NCBI GenBank assembly: GCA_963924565.1
Contig: OZ004609.1
Coordinates: forward strand, 23,932,001 to 23,996,000
Length of the DNA: 64,000 nt
Direction of reading: 5' to 3'
Source of the DNA: Ascidiella aspersa
Lineage: Eukaryota
Below, piece by piece: positions 31,653 through 42,911 of the stretch. The notes below the pieces were generated by a model. The model was not told the origin of the DNA, did no database searches, and saw nothing but the letters and a program-made list of their open reading frames with translations. Within the stretch, counting starts at the first letter, position 1. Each line of letters opens with the position of its first letter. Position numbers and translations under genes: made by a program.

Positions 31653-32519
31653 CTAACAATCAAATAAATTTGAAACTAATATGTATTAGTTTAAAATTTT
31701 GGTACTATGTATTAGTTTCAAATTTTTGGTTCGGGACTCTGGAAGTTTTATGTGGTCTTACTGGACCCCCATCTGACTCCAGCCAAACAAATCGACTCCG
31801 TCAAGTCCCTAGTCCGACTCCACATTCAATCTATCGATTTTAGTTTACTTAAACAAAAGTTATTTTTATATATATTTGTGGAAACAACACATCTTGTCCT
31901 TTTTCATGATGAAATTCAGTTTAAATAAGACAATTCAAAAGTGAGATTAATGGCTTATTCGGCACTAAGTTTACAAGGTTGTAATAATGTCGCACAATAA
32001 ATTTTGAGTCGTGGTAGGCCAGACCTTGGCAACATATGGCGCAAATTTTCAGAATATTTAGAGACCAAAAAGCGTCCTATGCACTGCTGTACTCTCTACA
32101 ATAAAAGTTTAACAAACGTAGTCTAATATTTATATATTTCTTGTGCTTCGGTCAAATGTATTCCATATTTAAAATTTGAACTAAAAGCAGTCCGTTTTCT
32201 GAACTCTGGTACATACCGATTCACATTTTGTCTACCTAATTTATTTAATGCGTTGTTTTGTGTTTTTCCCGATTTATACAGTCTTTACAATATTGCCCAT
32301 TGCACCGCAAGTAACACTTCGGTACCTTAAAGCCCCCAAAAAAACGTTTTAAGTTTTGTGTGTAAAACTTATATGTATTTTAACCGTAATCTTTGGATCA
32401 ACACGCCCCATAACTTGCCAAATGCCAATATCTCAAGCAATTTACATTTTTTATCTGTGCTTAATGCATGACGCCCCCCTCTATATCTAAATTAGGTTTT
32501 CATTTTAAAACAAATGGCC

Positions 32520-32747
32520 TATATTAATTATAAAGAGGGTTCTTCTGACAATTATTTATTCTGTACCGACGTTTCGATAACCTATCCAGGTATTCTTCAT
32601 CAGGGCATATAAACTTGTAACCTTGCAGAGGTATATATACAGTGAAGAAAAACGACGAAAAAACAAGGTGCGAATAACTGGATAGGTTATCGAAACGTCG
32701 GTACAGAATAAATAATTGTCGGAAGAACCCTCTTTATAATTAATATA
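32520..32747. repeat. 76-bp-arm inverted repeat, probable Penelope-like element (pLTR) remnant
   Basis: Arms 32520-32595 and 32672-32747 are reverse complements with 2 mismatches. Each carries CGAAACGTCGG followed by AATAAA. Confidence 0.85.
32564..32607 (-). ncRNA. Minimal type I hammerhead ribozyme motif (Penelope-type)
   Basis: Minus strand reads UGCC-CUGAUGA-AGAAUACCUGGAUAGGUUAUC-GAAAC-GUC-GGUA. It has the conserved cores CUGAUGA and GAAA, stem I UGCC/GGUA, an imperfect stem II, and a short palindromic ACGU stem III ending at a putative cleavage site after GUC. Confidence 0.65.
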
Positions 32748-33940
32748 ATGCCTGGCAGCAACAGTATATTCAAATGGCCTATAGTTGCAACTTTTTCTTG
32801 TTTTTAAATTCGACTTAAATTGCACATTTGCGCACAACTCTTACCGTAATAACAAGTTCGTTAGCTTCTTTGTTTCATAGCATCGGAGTATTATGTCATG
32901 TTGCATATATTTGGCATCCTATTTTTGACCTGGCCCGCCACAACATTTTAAGTTTCCCATGTGGCCCACACTTATCAATAATTGCCCACCCCTGTGTTCT
33001 AACATTTTAAAACTAATAGTTCTATGAACAATATGTTTCATAGCCTCATCGCCCATGACCTTTCACTGTTACCTTCATTGTATAACAATCTGTATTATAC
33101 AGCCAGAGTTCACATTAATACAATATAACACAGACAGTGCTTAAATATGCCTGTAAATATGTGTGTAAATGTTCTTTGTTATCTTTGTTATTGTTATATA
33201 TGTTGTTTGTTGGCTAACCATTGGATTGTAAGTATAGCTCTGTTAATCAGCACGGATAGCACAATTGAGGTTTTTTGAAATGTAACCATTTGGAATTGTA
33301 AAATAAGTTGCAGATGAATAGTTGGGTTGAATACAAGACTTAAAATATTGTATGTTGCAATTGGGCACCCTTGAAAACATAGAAGTCCAATATGTGAATT
33401 TAGCTTCTGAAAGTGGTGTGAATTTTAGCTTCGAAAAGTGTGTTTATTAAACAATGAAAATTAGCTGTATAACAAGTGTAGTATTTTTTTGACAATTGGC
33501 TGTATAACAAATTAGGTAGGGGGGGCTTGCATGCCATTTTTTATTAGGTTGCATGCCACATTTGGGATGCATGCCGCGTGTTGGATACTCCTGGTTTAAA
33601 ACAACAAAAGGCCTGGTTCCTGACATGTTTATTGTAATGAGGCCTCTTTTGATCCTTAACTAAAGAGTCTTAAAGCCTTTTCTTGCTAACTAATTATGCC
33701 ACCTTTGGGGCCTGTACCCCATTGTTTGACAACACTAAATACAGTAGCAATTTCATTTTGTATGATATTTTAAAGATGAAGTTACCTAGAAATTTCTTTA
33801 CTCAAGCCAAAACACTGACTCACATGTATTACGTCTACATTGAAATAAAACACCATAATATTTTTAAATTCCATTTTATTTTTAGATCTAGTTACCATTA
33901 TTATACCAATAGCAATCCCACAGTAAAACTTTTGCACAAA

Positions 33941-36900
33941 ATGAGTCAGTCAACAGCACAAGGGATGGGAGTGGCAGTACCAGTGCCAATTCGTCGAATC
34001 CAGGTAGGTATATCAGATGCATAGATATTGTTAAAACTGGCAAATATGTTGTTTAAGGCATCAATATTCAATTTTAATAGACGCGTACAAAGCATAATTG
34101 TTGGTCATGTAAAATTTTTATAAATTTGAGTAATTGGGATATATTAATAATTGTATGTGTTTGCACTTCAGTTTTTGTTTTTTTATATTTTAAGTAATTT
34201 GTCATCTTTGAATTATGATAATTTTGTGTGGTGTGGTTACCCGCTGTTATACACATAGAACATAAGTGACAGTTAACTTCACCAAGGTACTAGTCTCACA
34301 TTATTAAATGCACAGCTCAACATATTAGAATCAGGATTCAACTTTTGTATTGCATTGTATAACAAACCATTTATCTTCCAAATAAACAAAACCAACAACA
34401 TGACACTTTCTCCCTAATTTCAACTAATGTTATAAAACAACTGGTTTACAGCTAGGACTTGTTTTTTACTTATTTTAATAGTTAGCTTTAAACAGTAGAT
34501 TGTAAATACATAATTCATTTATTTTGATTGCAGCTTGATCACATGTCTGAGCTGCCTCACAACTATGGAACAACACCAGGTGGAACACTTTTCTCAACAA
34601 CACCAGGAGGTAATTTATGACCTGCAGTTTTGCAAGCACTGCAACTAACCATGCCTGGCCTAGACTTATACATTTAACAGTGGCAGAAGCCAAAAATAGC
34701 AATTATTATTTGTAATAAAAGTTCTGGTTAGCTTACTAGCAACATACAAGGGTATTGTTTTGAAAAAACGTCAACAAAATTTATGTAATAAATGTATGAT
34801 ACTTCAATGTGCTGTCACTTTATTTAGTAACTAACATTTTAGTTCTAATTTTGGTAATATGGATACTTGTTTCAAATTTGTGATTTGTGCTTTTTACCGT
34901 ACAGTTGTTTTAGGAAAACTACTGAATTTGAGTCAAAAGATATATTATATTTTTATTTAAATGCGTTTAACTGCAAAAACACAGATTTGTTGTTTTCCAT
35001 GTGTGTCTATTGAAACTTCTGTAGTATCACTCAACATCAATGAAACTGGATATCCTGTGAAACAAGCGAGTTGTATTCAGGTTTCCTTTGAAAACTCTCC
35101 ATTAAACGCTGGGTGTTTTTAAACACTGATGATGGTGACAGTTTTAATTACAAGTAAAAGCATGTTGTAATAATCTAAGACCATTTTTATTGCAGCATAG
35201 CAACCATGTTTTTAGTTAATTTTAAGATAGTGATATGTTATTAATCCATTTGACAGGCACTCGCATAATCTACGAGCGCTCATTTCTTCTCAAGTGCCGC
35301 AACTCGCCATTGTCCAACACGCCACCGAGCAATCTTCCTGACATACCAGGTGTCACCAGTCCTGACAAATCACCAAGCAAACTTATCACAAGGATTGAAG
35401 AAGAAAAGGAGATTCCCAAGGAAAATGGTGGTATGAGTCCCGATAGCATACATTTTTCATATAATCAATGATAATTAATTTGTAAAAATAGGTCAATGGA
35501 TTTATGCATGCAAATAATTAATTTACATTAAATTTAGGTGGTTAATAAGTACGACATTTCCTTCTGTTTAATTTGTGCAGTGGTCTAAATATTAGTCAAA
35601 TTTCTTTAAAATCTTGATTTCAATGCAGCATGACGTGTTTCTAAGCAGTAGAAGTAGTGAATGACTCATACTTCGTGTGTATGATGCAGCTATTGCATCA
35701 TTGTTTTTATGGTATATTAATATTGTATAGCGCTTGATAGGCATCCTGTGGGTGGTGTTGCTCTGTGTATATAAATTTCAGGCTAAAACTAATATTCGAA
35801 CGTGCATGCTGCTAGCTAGTTTTATAGTGCATGCTCGAAAATGAATGTTTGACGCAGTTAGTGTGCAGGTCATTATTGGCAGCAAAGCCTGCGATCACCG
35901 CCGAGCCTGCCCCAAGCAGCCGGATTCGACGCCTTCCCTGTTGCACAGGGCCCTTTGCAGCAGTATAGGCAACGTAACTTCCTGCTGCAGCAAAACAATG
36001 CGATGGTTGAAAGCGCTTTCACTCCGCCGTCGCCCATATGCCCAGGCCTGTTAAGCCCGAACGCAATGCATCAGCAGCAGTCGCCGATGATGCATTACCC
36101 GCCGGCCTTGCCCCCGCCATTCGACCCCAATAACAATCGTTGCTCGGGCGACGGTCTCTGGCAGTTGGGCCAGACATTCGCCGCACTGCAAAGCAGCAAA
36201 GGCGGGCATCCGACCAGTCAGCTGAACGCCTGGCGACAGGCGAAATTTAATCAAGTCTTGTCACAGGCCGTTACTCAAACGTTGGTTGACACCCCGCAGC
36301 TGCTCACCAGTAGTCTAAGAAGCGCAAACGTCAACAGCAACAACGCAAGCAGCAGTAACGCCCATCATCAGGGTCACGGCTCGTATCGGGGCCGAGGCAG
36401 GGGTGTGCAAATTTCGGCCCCCTTCAACCACGTCAACCTGTGCAAGCCGATGCAAAAGCTCTTTTTGTCGCGGGATCAAGGTCCCGGTCACTTCAACCAC
36501 CACCAGTACAGCAACAGCGCCAATCAGGCGTTCGGCATGCCCATGTACGGCCAGTTGAAAGTTGATAAACCAGACCTGAAAGAAGTCGACGAGAACTCTA
36601 ACCTCGTCCAGTAAGCCCATCCACAAACTTGCAGCACAGTGTGTTTAGTTCAAGTTCTGCACCACCTAACGCTTTAACGTTTTTTGTTTTCAAAGTTTCC
36701 AAATCACCTTTCAGTGCAAAACGCAGCACAGCGTTCAGTTTAAGTTTCATAGAAGGTAAACTTATTTTGTGCTTTTGCCAGTTTAAAGGTAAACAACGTT
36801 GTTGTTTTGTAGCTAAAGAGTTATGACAGCCTTCGCAGGCCACTTTCACTCACCGATTCACTTGCAGTTTACAGCACAGCTATTTTCTACAGTATAAAAT

Positions 36901-37150
36901 TTTCACGTCAAAGGTCACTTTTTTGTGAAGGGCATTTTTGAGTTTTCGTGAGTTGTAATTTTGCATGTTGCATGCGTGTGTGTAATTTGCCTTTTGCAAA
37001 CCTGTAGCTTTTGCTTGTGCCTTTTGTCTCAAGAAACTTTGCCTTGGCTGTGCGTCGTTTGTCCCAAGTTATAGTCTATCGGAAAACGAAAATATTTTAT
37101 CTGCCGCAGATTCGCACAAGGATGAAGACCAATTCGATATGGAAATTTAA
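33941..37150 (+). CDS. EIF4EBP: Eukaryotic translation initiation factor 4E-binding protein (4E-BP), canonical 117-aa isoform
   Basis: Exons 33941-34003, 34534-34609, 35257-35430, 37110-37150 (TAA). They encode [27 protein letters not shown] (TP phosphosites plus the YxxxxLphi motif), [16 protein letters not shown] and the C-terminal TOS motif FDMEI. Confidence 0.95.
35505..36974 (+). promoter_or_regulatory. Cluster of five TGCATG (Rbfox-type) splicing motifs flanking the candidate alternative exon
   Basis: TGCATG at 35505, 35803, 35828, 36962 and 36969. Confidence 0.5.
35869..36614 (+). CDS. Candidate alternative 4E-BP exon encoding a Q/N/P/S/H-rich low-complexity tail
   Basis: GC-rich open frame inside the last 4E-BP intron. 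The acceptor tgcag|35869 joins the phase-1 donor at 35430 in frame with the 219-aa ORF 35955-36614. A GTAAGC donor overlaps the stop at 36611. Confidence 0.65.
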
Positions 37151-38861
37151 CTGCTTGTGTCGCTCGCTGCCTTTTAAGAACTTTACTTTTTGGACCCCTG
37201 GATATCACCTGACCTTCACGCACAACCGCCCGCGTCAAGTCACAACCGTTTCAGTCTGGGACAATTTCGCTTGGTGATTTCGTACAGTATCCGGGAATTT
37301 CGTCCCCTTGAACCGTCCCTTCTTACCCAGCAAAATCGGCCCACCGAAAGACCGCCGCGTTTCTTCTCATGGCTGTAAAACGTCAATACTTCCCAATACC
37401 CCATTATTACAAACCGAAAAACGGCAAAGACTAGGATTAACCCGCCTATGCAATAATAGTTCCAGGATAATATGTTTTCTTCTTCCAACGGCAAATGAAG
37501 CTAAGCTGTTTGCGCTCGCGCGTTTAATGATAGCGAACCACAAAAACCGTCTTTCTCTGTAAGCAAGCCAAAGAAGTCTGTTAGTGTGCTTTATAATTTT
37601 TCTGTGAACGTTTACCGTTGGTGTTCGTTGCGGTTGTTTTTTGAGTGAAAAATGTAACCTGTTCTTTCAGAAAATCCTACAAATATATTCTGGTTTGTTG
37701 ACCGTGCAATTTTTCGCACAACACGTTTGAAAGTAATTCACACCATCACTCTTGGCATTTTGACGTGTTTTCCCCACATTTCTGTCACACCCTTGTGCGC
37801 GGCCGACCCGTTTTTCGTTCGAAATATCCTACTAATGATTTTTCTGTACGGCATTCAGTTTAAAATAAAGAAGTTTGGGTTTATGAAAACTAGTCTGGTT
37901 ACTCGTGCATTACGGAATTGTGTGCTATAAAGGAAACCAACACTAGTGTCAAAATATAATTTGTTAAAATACACATAATTTTCTCGGGATTAAAACTAAT
38001 TTGTGTGAATACTCTTATGCTTTCAGTTACCTTGACATCGACACGATTCTAAAAAAGGCTTCTTTTGATAATCTTTTTGGTTCCACAACGAGCGATCGTA
38101 AACTTATTTAAAGTGCGATTGTTTTACCGAAAGAGGGCAGTACGAGTTTGCTATAGCATTTTATCGTTCATCAATTTAAGTGGTGCTATTAGAAGCATAC
38201 AATTGTACGAGGTGATGACAGTTGCCTCGTGTTAATAACCGCATTTGAAACTGTTTTATTGCAAAGGCACTAAAACGCGCATTTCGCCGCTTGCCGAGGA
38301 CGGAGTAAATGGGCTGACGTGGCAAAAGTGATCGGAAAACTAAATGCAAAAAGTGAGTGCAACTCCTGGCTAGATTAGGCCAAACTGAATAGTTAGTGTC
38401 AAATAATAATAAAAACCATGGAAACACTTTAAACTAGCTAAACGTTCATTTTCGCGTTAAATAGAGTAGCCACTAATATTTAATTAGTAGTTTTTTCTCG
38501 AAACTTATCCCGCTTGTCGTTAATGTGTTACAGGGGTTCCAGTAAACACATCGTATGACCATCTTAGTTTAATGTTGTCTTAGGGACTTTTTTGATTTTG
38601 CCCGTCTTATTCGAAAAAAATGCCAACGATACGATAAACAAACCTAACATCTATTGTAGGAGGCCTGTGATTCAGTAAAGTCGCAAAAAGGGAACACTTA
38701 AATAAAGCACAACCGAGCAGCCAGTGAAATGCACGGTTCAAGCTAGAGTTGAAAGTGAATAACTGCGGTGATTAGAAGAACGCAAACTTTCACCTCGCAT
38801 GTATGGCGCATTTTATGGGCCTTATAACAAAAGAACAGTTTTTACAAATATTTAGTGATTA

Positions 38862-40119
38862 GGGGAAGTGCGGGACCCATGGAACATGGGGACCAATGGA
38901 ACGCCGGCATAATGCGCCCTCTGTTGGCAGAACTAAATAAAATTTTGGTTGTGGCAATGAGATTTTGTGTACGGAACTTTGTCCAAAAAGTTCTACAGCG
39001 TGCTTTTGGGAATAATTAATTTATTCCAAATTTTCACTTTTCGTGGTGAAAAATGTACTTTTTAGCTTGATATTCGTAAGGTGTTTTGATAGTCTTTAGG
39101 TAATTGTAAAGCTGTGAACATTTTTTTGTGAAGAGAGGGGATATCTAGGTAGCTACATGTTGAAAGTAAGTTTGATTAATTGTATTCAGAGTACTGGCTA
39201 GCCATGAGTGTTTTTATTAAATGTGGCGATTAGAGGACCTTTGGAACAGTCTGTTCCACTGGTCTCTCGATCATTTTGTGATCATATTCTTAGATTTTAA
39301 GGATAGTAGTATGCCAACTTTTAAGACCAGAACATCTAATAAGGGGTTGTTCACTGAGGACCAGAGCTGCGGAGACGGACTCGGGACTCGAGTATAAGAC
39401 CACGTAAAACTACCAGAGTCCCGAGTCCGACGTGCGCATGTGCAGTACCAAAAACTGGTATTGCCGTCAACTGCAGTTTGTAACAAGCGGATTAGCATAT
39501 GGTGAATATTTTCGAACGAGTTATTGTGAGTGGATGAATTATTTTATATGATATCCCTATGAGTGGATTGCTAAATATCCACCGTATTTATAGTTACGTA
39601 AATTGGCGGAATATAGGCTGTAAAGTCAGAGTCGGACTCGGGACTCGACGAAATCGAACATTTGACTATTATTATATTTGCAGATATGTTCTCCTAAAAA
39701 AGAAAAACAATTGATATAATAAACCCGGGTTACAAATTCCACCATAAATAATATCATTTCAGCATTTTGTGCTTGTTTCCATGTGTTTTTTTATTTTTAA
39801 TAAATTTTCTTGTGCCATTATTTCTACACCATTAACTGAGTAGTTATGCACTTCAGGAATACGCGCAGTGGTTTTAGATGCAGTCATGCTCTGTTCCAAA
39901 GGTCCCATGGAGTGTTCCATAGGTCCTGTGGGGTGGGACCGATGGAACAAAAAGTTTTTTTATATTTAAAAAAAGGATATGTCAGATTTCAATTATTTTT
40001 TTCATGTAGGTACCCATAGCTGTAAGCTTTCCAAAGAAAATAACCGCGAGTGTTTTTGGGTTGTATTTCGAAAGATATTACCGAAAAAACAAATCCGTTC
40101 CATGGTCCCGCACTTCCCC
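38862..40119. mobile_element. 1.26-kb non-autonomous TIR element containing a nested repeat fragment
   Basis: TIR ggggaagtgcgggacc(c)atggaac / gttccatggtcccgcacttcccc with internal ggacc..tggaac repeats. The nested fragment at 39362-39660 shares taagaccac.taaaact.ccagagtcccga with 31730-31822. Confidence 0.75.
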
Positions 40120-41040
40120 GTTTAAGACCCTTTACCCCACAAAATGATTGAAATTACCCGGCGATGGTGCAACAAAACATGTGATAGTGACTTAGACCCA
40201 AGCTCGGCTAATTATGTATTTTGTTTAATCAGACCTCTATACGGTACCACTACTTGAATAATTTTGTGGCACACCACTTTGTCTGTCTCGGGTGCGCTGC
40301 GCACTCAGTAAAAGCTTCTGCTACGCCGATTGGTTTAAAAAAGAATACGTTTTTGTTTGAAATATTACGGCATTTGTTTAACTACCACTTCCAAGAGAGT
40401 CGTAAAATTTCTTACGTTGGGTTTAACTTACGTGACTTTAACTGCTTCCATTTTGTGTAACCAATATGTCGCGTTTATTGTAACGATACATATATTTACA
40501 TCGCCGGGAAAACGTCAGTAGAGGCCATGTTGCAATTTTTTACATTCCAAGTAAAAGGAGTCTATATTATTAAAACTCATAAATACCCCTTATTCAACCT
40601 AGGAAACGCCAGATATTTAATCAGTATAGCCACCTAAAATAGGCCCGTTGACATAAAAGCTTAAATGCTTTACAGTTAAACTATAAGAAACAATTATCAA
40701 TACCAAAAATTACTAATATTGCAAAATATTATTAAGTATTACCATTGTAATGTGTGCCTTCTTGTTTGGCGTCGCAATTGTGAAAAACATACATCCCGAC
40801 AGGTTTTCCACAAGGAAAATTTAAACGTTTGTCCCCCCCCCCCTATTCTTCTGCAGTGCAGAAGTCGTTTAAATGCTACCCTAACTCTAGGCCAGGATTT
40901 CTTAACTGTGTCCCTCGCCTCCTGTGTGGCCACGAAGATGTTTTTGGGGCTAAGGGGTAGTAGCCATATATTATTTAAACTTATGACAAATTTGAGGATT
41001 CCTGTATGACTTCAGAGGCCCCCTTTTTGACGTTCTATGG

Positions 41041-41668
41041 CAGGGATGGCGACCCACTGACCCGCAGGTCACAAAGTGACCCACCACACATTTTTAGTAA
41101 CCACTTGTCTGTCTAGATTAGAAATACCGAAATGTTATCAATCATTACCGTATCAGGAAAGGATAATATAAAAAATCAATTCTTAGTTAGATAGCACAAT
41201 ATACTGTTTGAATCAGGGTTTTCCAATCTTCGGGTTGTGCAAAAGTGTCTTAGGGGTGATGAGTAGGGCCTACATTAACTGTATTTCAACAAATGCGTGC
41301 TGTAAAGCAGACAACTAAAAGCATTTTATTTATCGCTATAAAACGTAAAGGGTGGCGATCCTTTAAGAAAATTAAGAGCTCGCAGACTAAAAATTCTGAA
41401 AAACCATGCAGCTTTGTGCTGAACTCCTGCAATCCCACAAAAATTACTGAAGCATTTGTTAACTATTTAGATTCTTACTATTCGTAGAAATCCGATCTTT
41501 GGAAATAAAAAACCTTAAATTAGTAACTCAAGGAATAACACTTAAAACGACCCAGCATCAAAGTTTCGCGTAAATTAGCATATAATTAACTATATGACCC
41601 ACTTGTGCATTTTGTATGGATTAAGTTCGTGTTTGTGACCCGCGCGATGAAAAGGTTCGCCATCCCTG
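41041..41668. mobile_element. hAT MITE
   Basis: TIR cagggatggcga / tcgccatccctg; perfect TSD TTCTATGG. Confidence 0.88.
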
Positions 41669-42307
41669 TTCTATGGCATATTTTCCGTGAGCAGGAAAGG
41701 GCAGAAAGTGTTGAGAGCCCATTTGAGGAATCTACTACTCGTGAAAAGGATAAGAACCATATCGTTTTATAAACATGAATACTGTCAAGCAGCCTAAAGG
41801 ATTGAACGTTATGGTCTTCAAAAAAATTGACGGTTTAGACAACGTTTCCAATGGTTTGGGTCAACTCTTCAGCCAACCTCAAGTCGTGAAGATATCTCTA
41901 TACAGGAAACAATGTACCATTGCACTACCATCACCTTTTCTTTTGTCCATTAAGGCGTAACGTTTTTAGCTTTCGCGTACGATCTGTATACACTGCTTTG
42001 TGTCAACATTACTTAGGTCCAGGATAAAAAAGGGCCTTTAGAAAGCCAAATTGTCTGTTGTGGTTTTAAGTGTATTTTGTAGGTGCGCCACAAAATCGCA
42101 AAACAAATAGTGAGCCGCTAGTGTTAAAAGTTAATAAGCCCTGCTATAAAAAGTAGTAGAACTAAACTAATGCGGCATTACACATATTTAGGCTGAACTG
42201 TTGGTTTATTTAATTAAAAAAAAAACTTTCCAAATAGCCTCAAAACTCAAATATATTTTTGCTAAACTTTTTAAATCAAATTTTAGACAGGGTCCCTGGT
42301 TTCAAAC

Positions 42308-42796
42308 CAGGGAGTCGAACCGGAACCGAACCGGAACTTTATGAACCGGTTTTGGTCCAATTTTTCCCGAACCGTAACCGAACCTGAACCGTTTTATGTA
42401 AGATTCTAAAGAGCCGAACCGGAACTGAACCCAATATTTTGAATAAACCTGAACCTTAACCGAACCAGAACCTGTCAACAAAAGCGGTTCACTCCAGCAT
42501 GACGTCACAACCTCTATTTTACAGAGTGATTACATAGAACGTTAGTTTTTTAGTTTTCAGATATTTCGATAACGAGCAGCTTGTTTACGCCGCGTAACTC
42601 TACCCACATTTTCATCTCATATTGCATCCGAACCGGAACTTTATAAACCGGTTTTGAAAATAAATTTAGTCCAACCGAAGCTAAACCGGAACTTTTAAAA
42701 TGCTCGAAACGGAAACCGGAACTGAACCGGATTCCGAAAAAATCCTTGAACCCGAACCGAACCTGAACCGGAAAAGTCAAACGGTTCGACTCCCTG
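42308..42796. mobile_element. hAT-like MITE rich in aaccg(g)aac repeats, directly upstream of the TauD-like gene
   Basis: 15-bp TIR cagggagtcgaaccg; TSD tttcaaac / ttttaaac; contains TGACGTCA at 42500-42507. Confidence 0.88.
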
Positions 42797-42911
42797 TTTT
42801 AAACACATTTAATTCGATATATGACTCAGCTTATTTATGATGACTATGTGTAATGTGTATTCAATATTATGAGTTAAGGTTGCTGACGGTAAGAACTAAG
42901 AAATACCGAGA

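Noticed and set aside
42308-42796. CRISPR-like or satellite array of aaccg repeats
   Set aside because: The repeats are short and irregular and sit inside a TIR/TSD-bounded MITE in a eukaryotic context.
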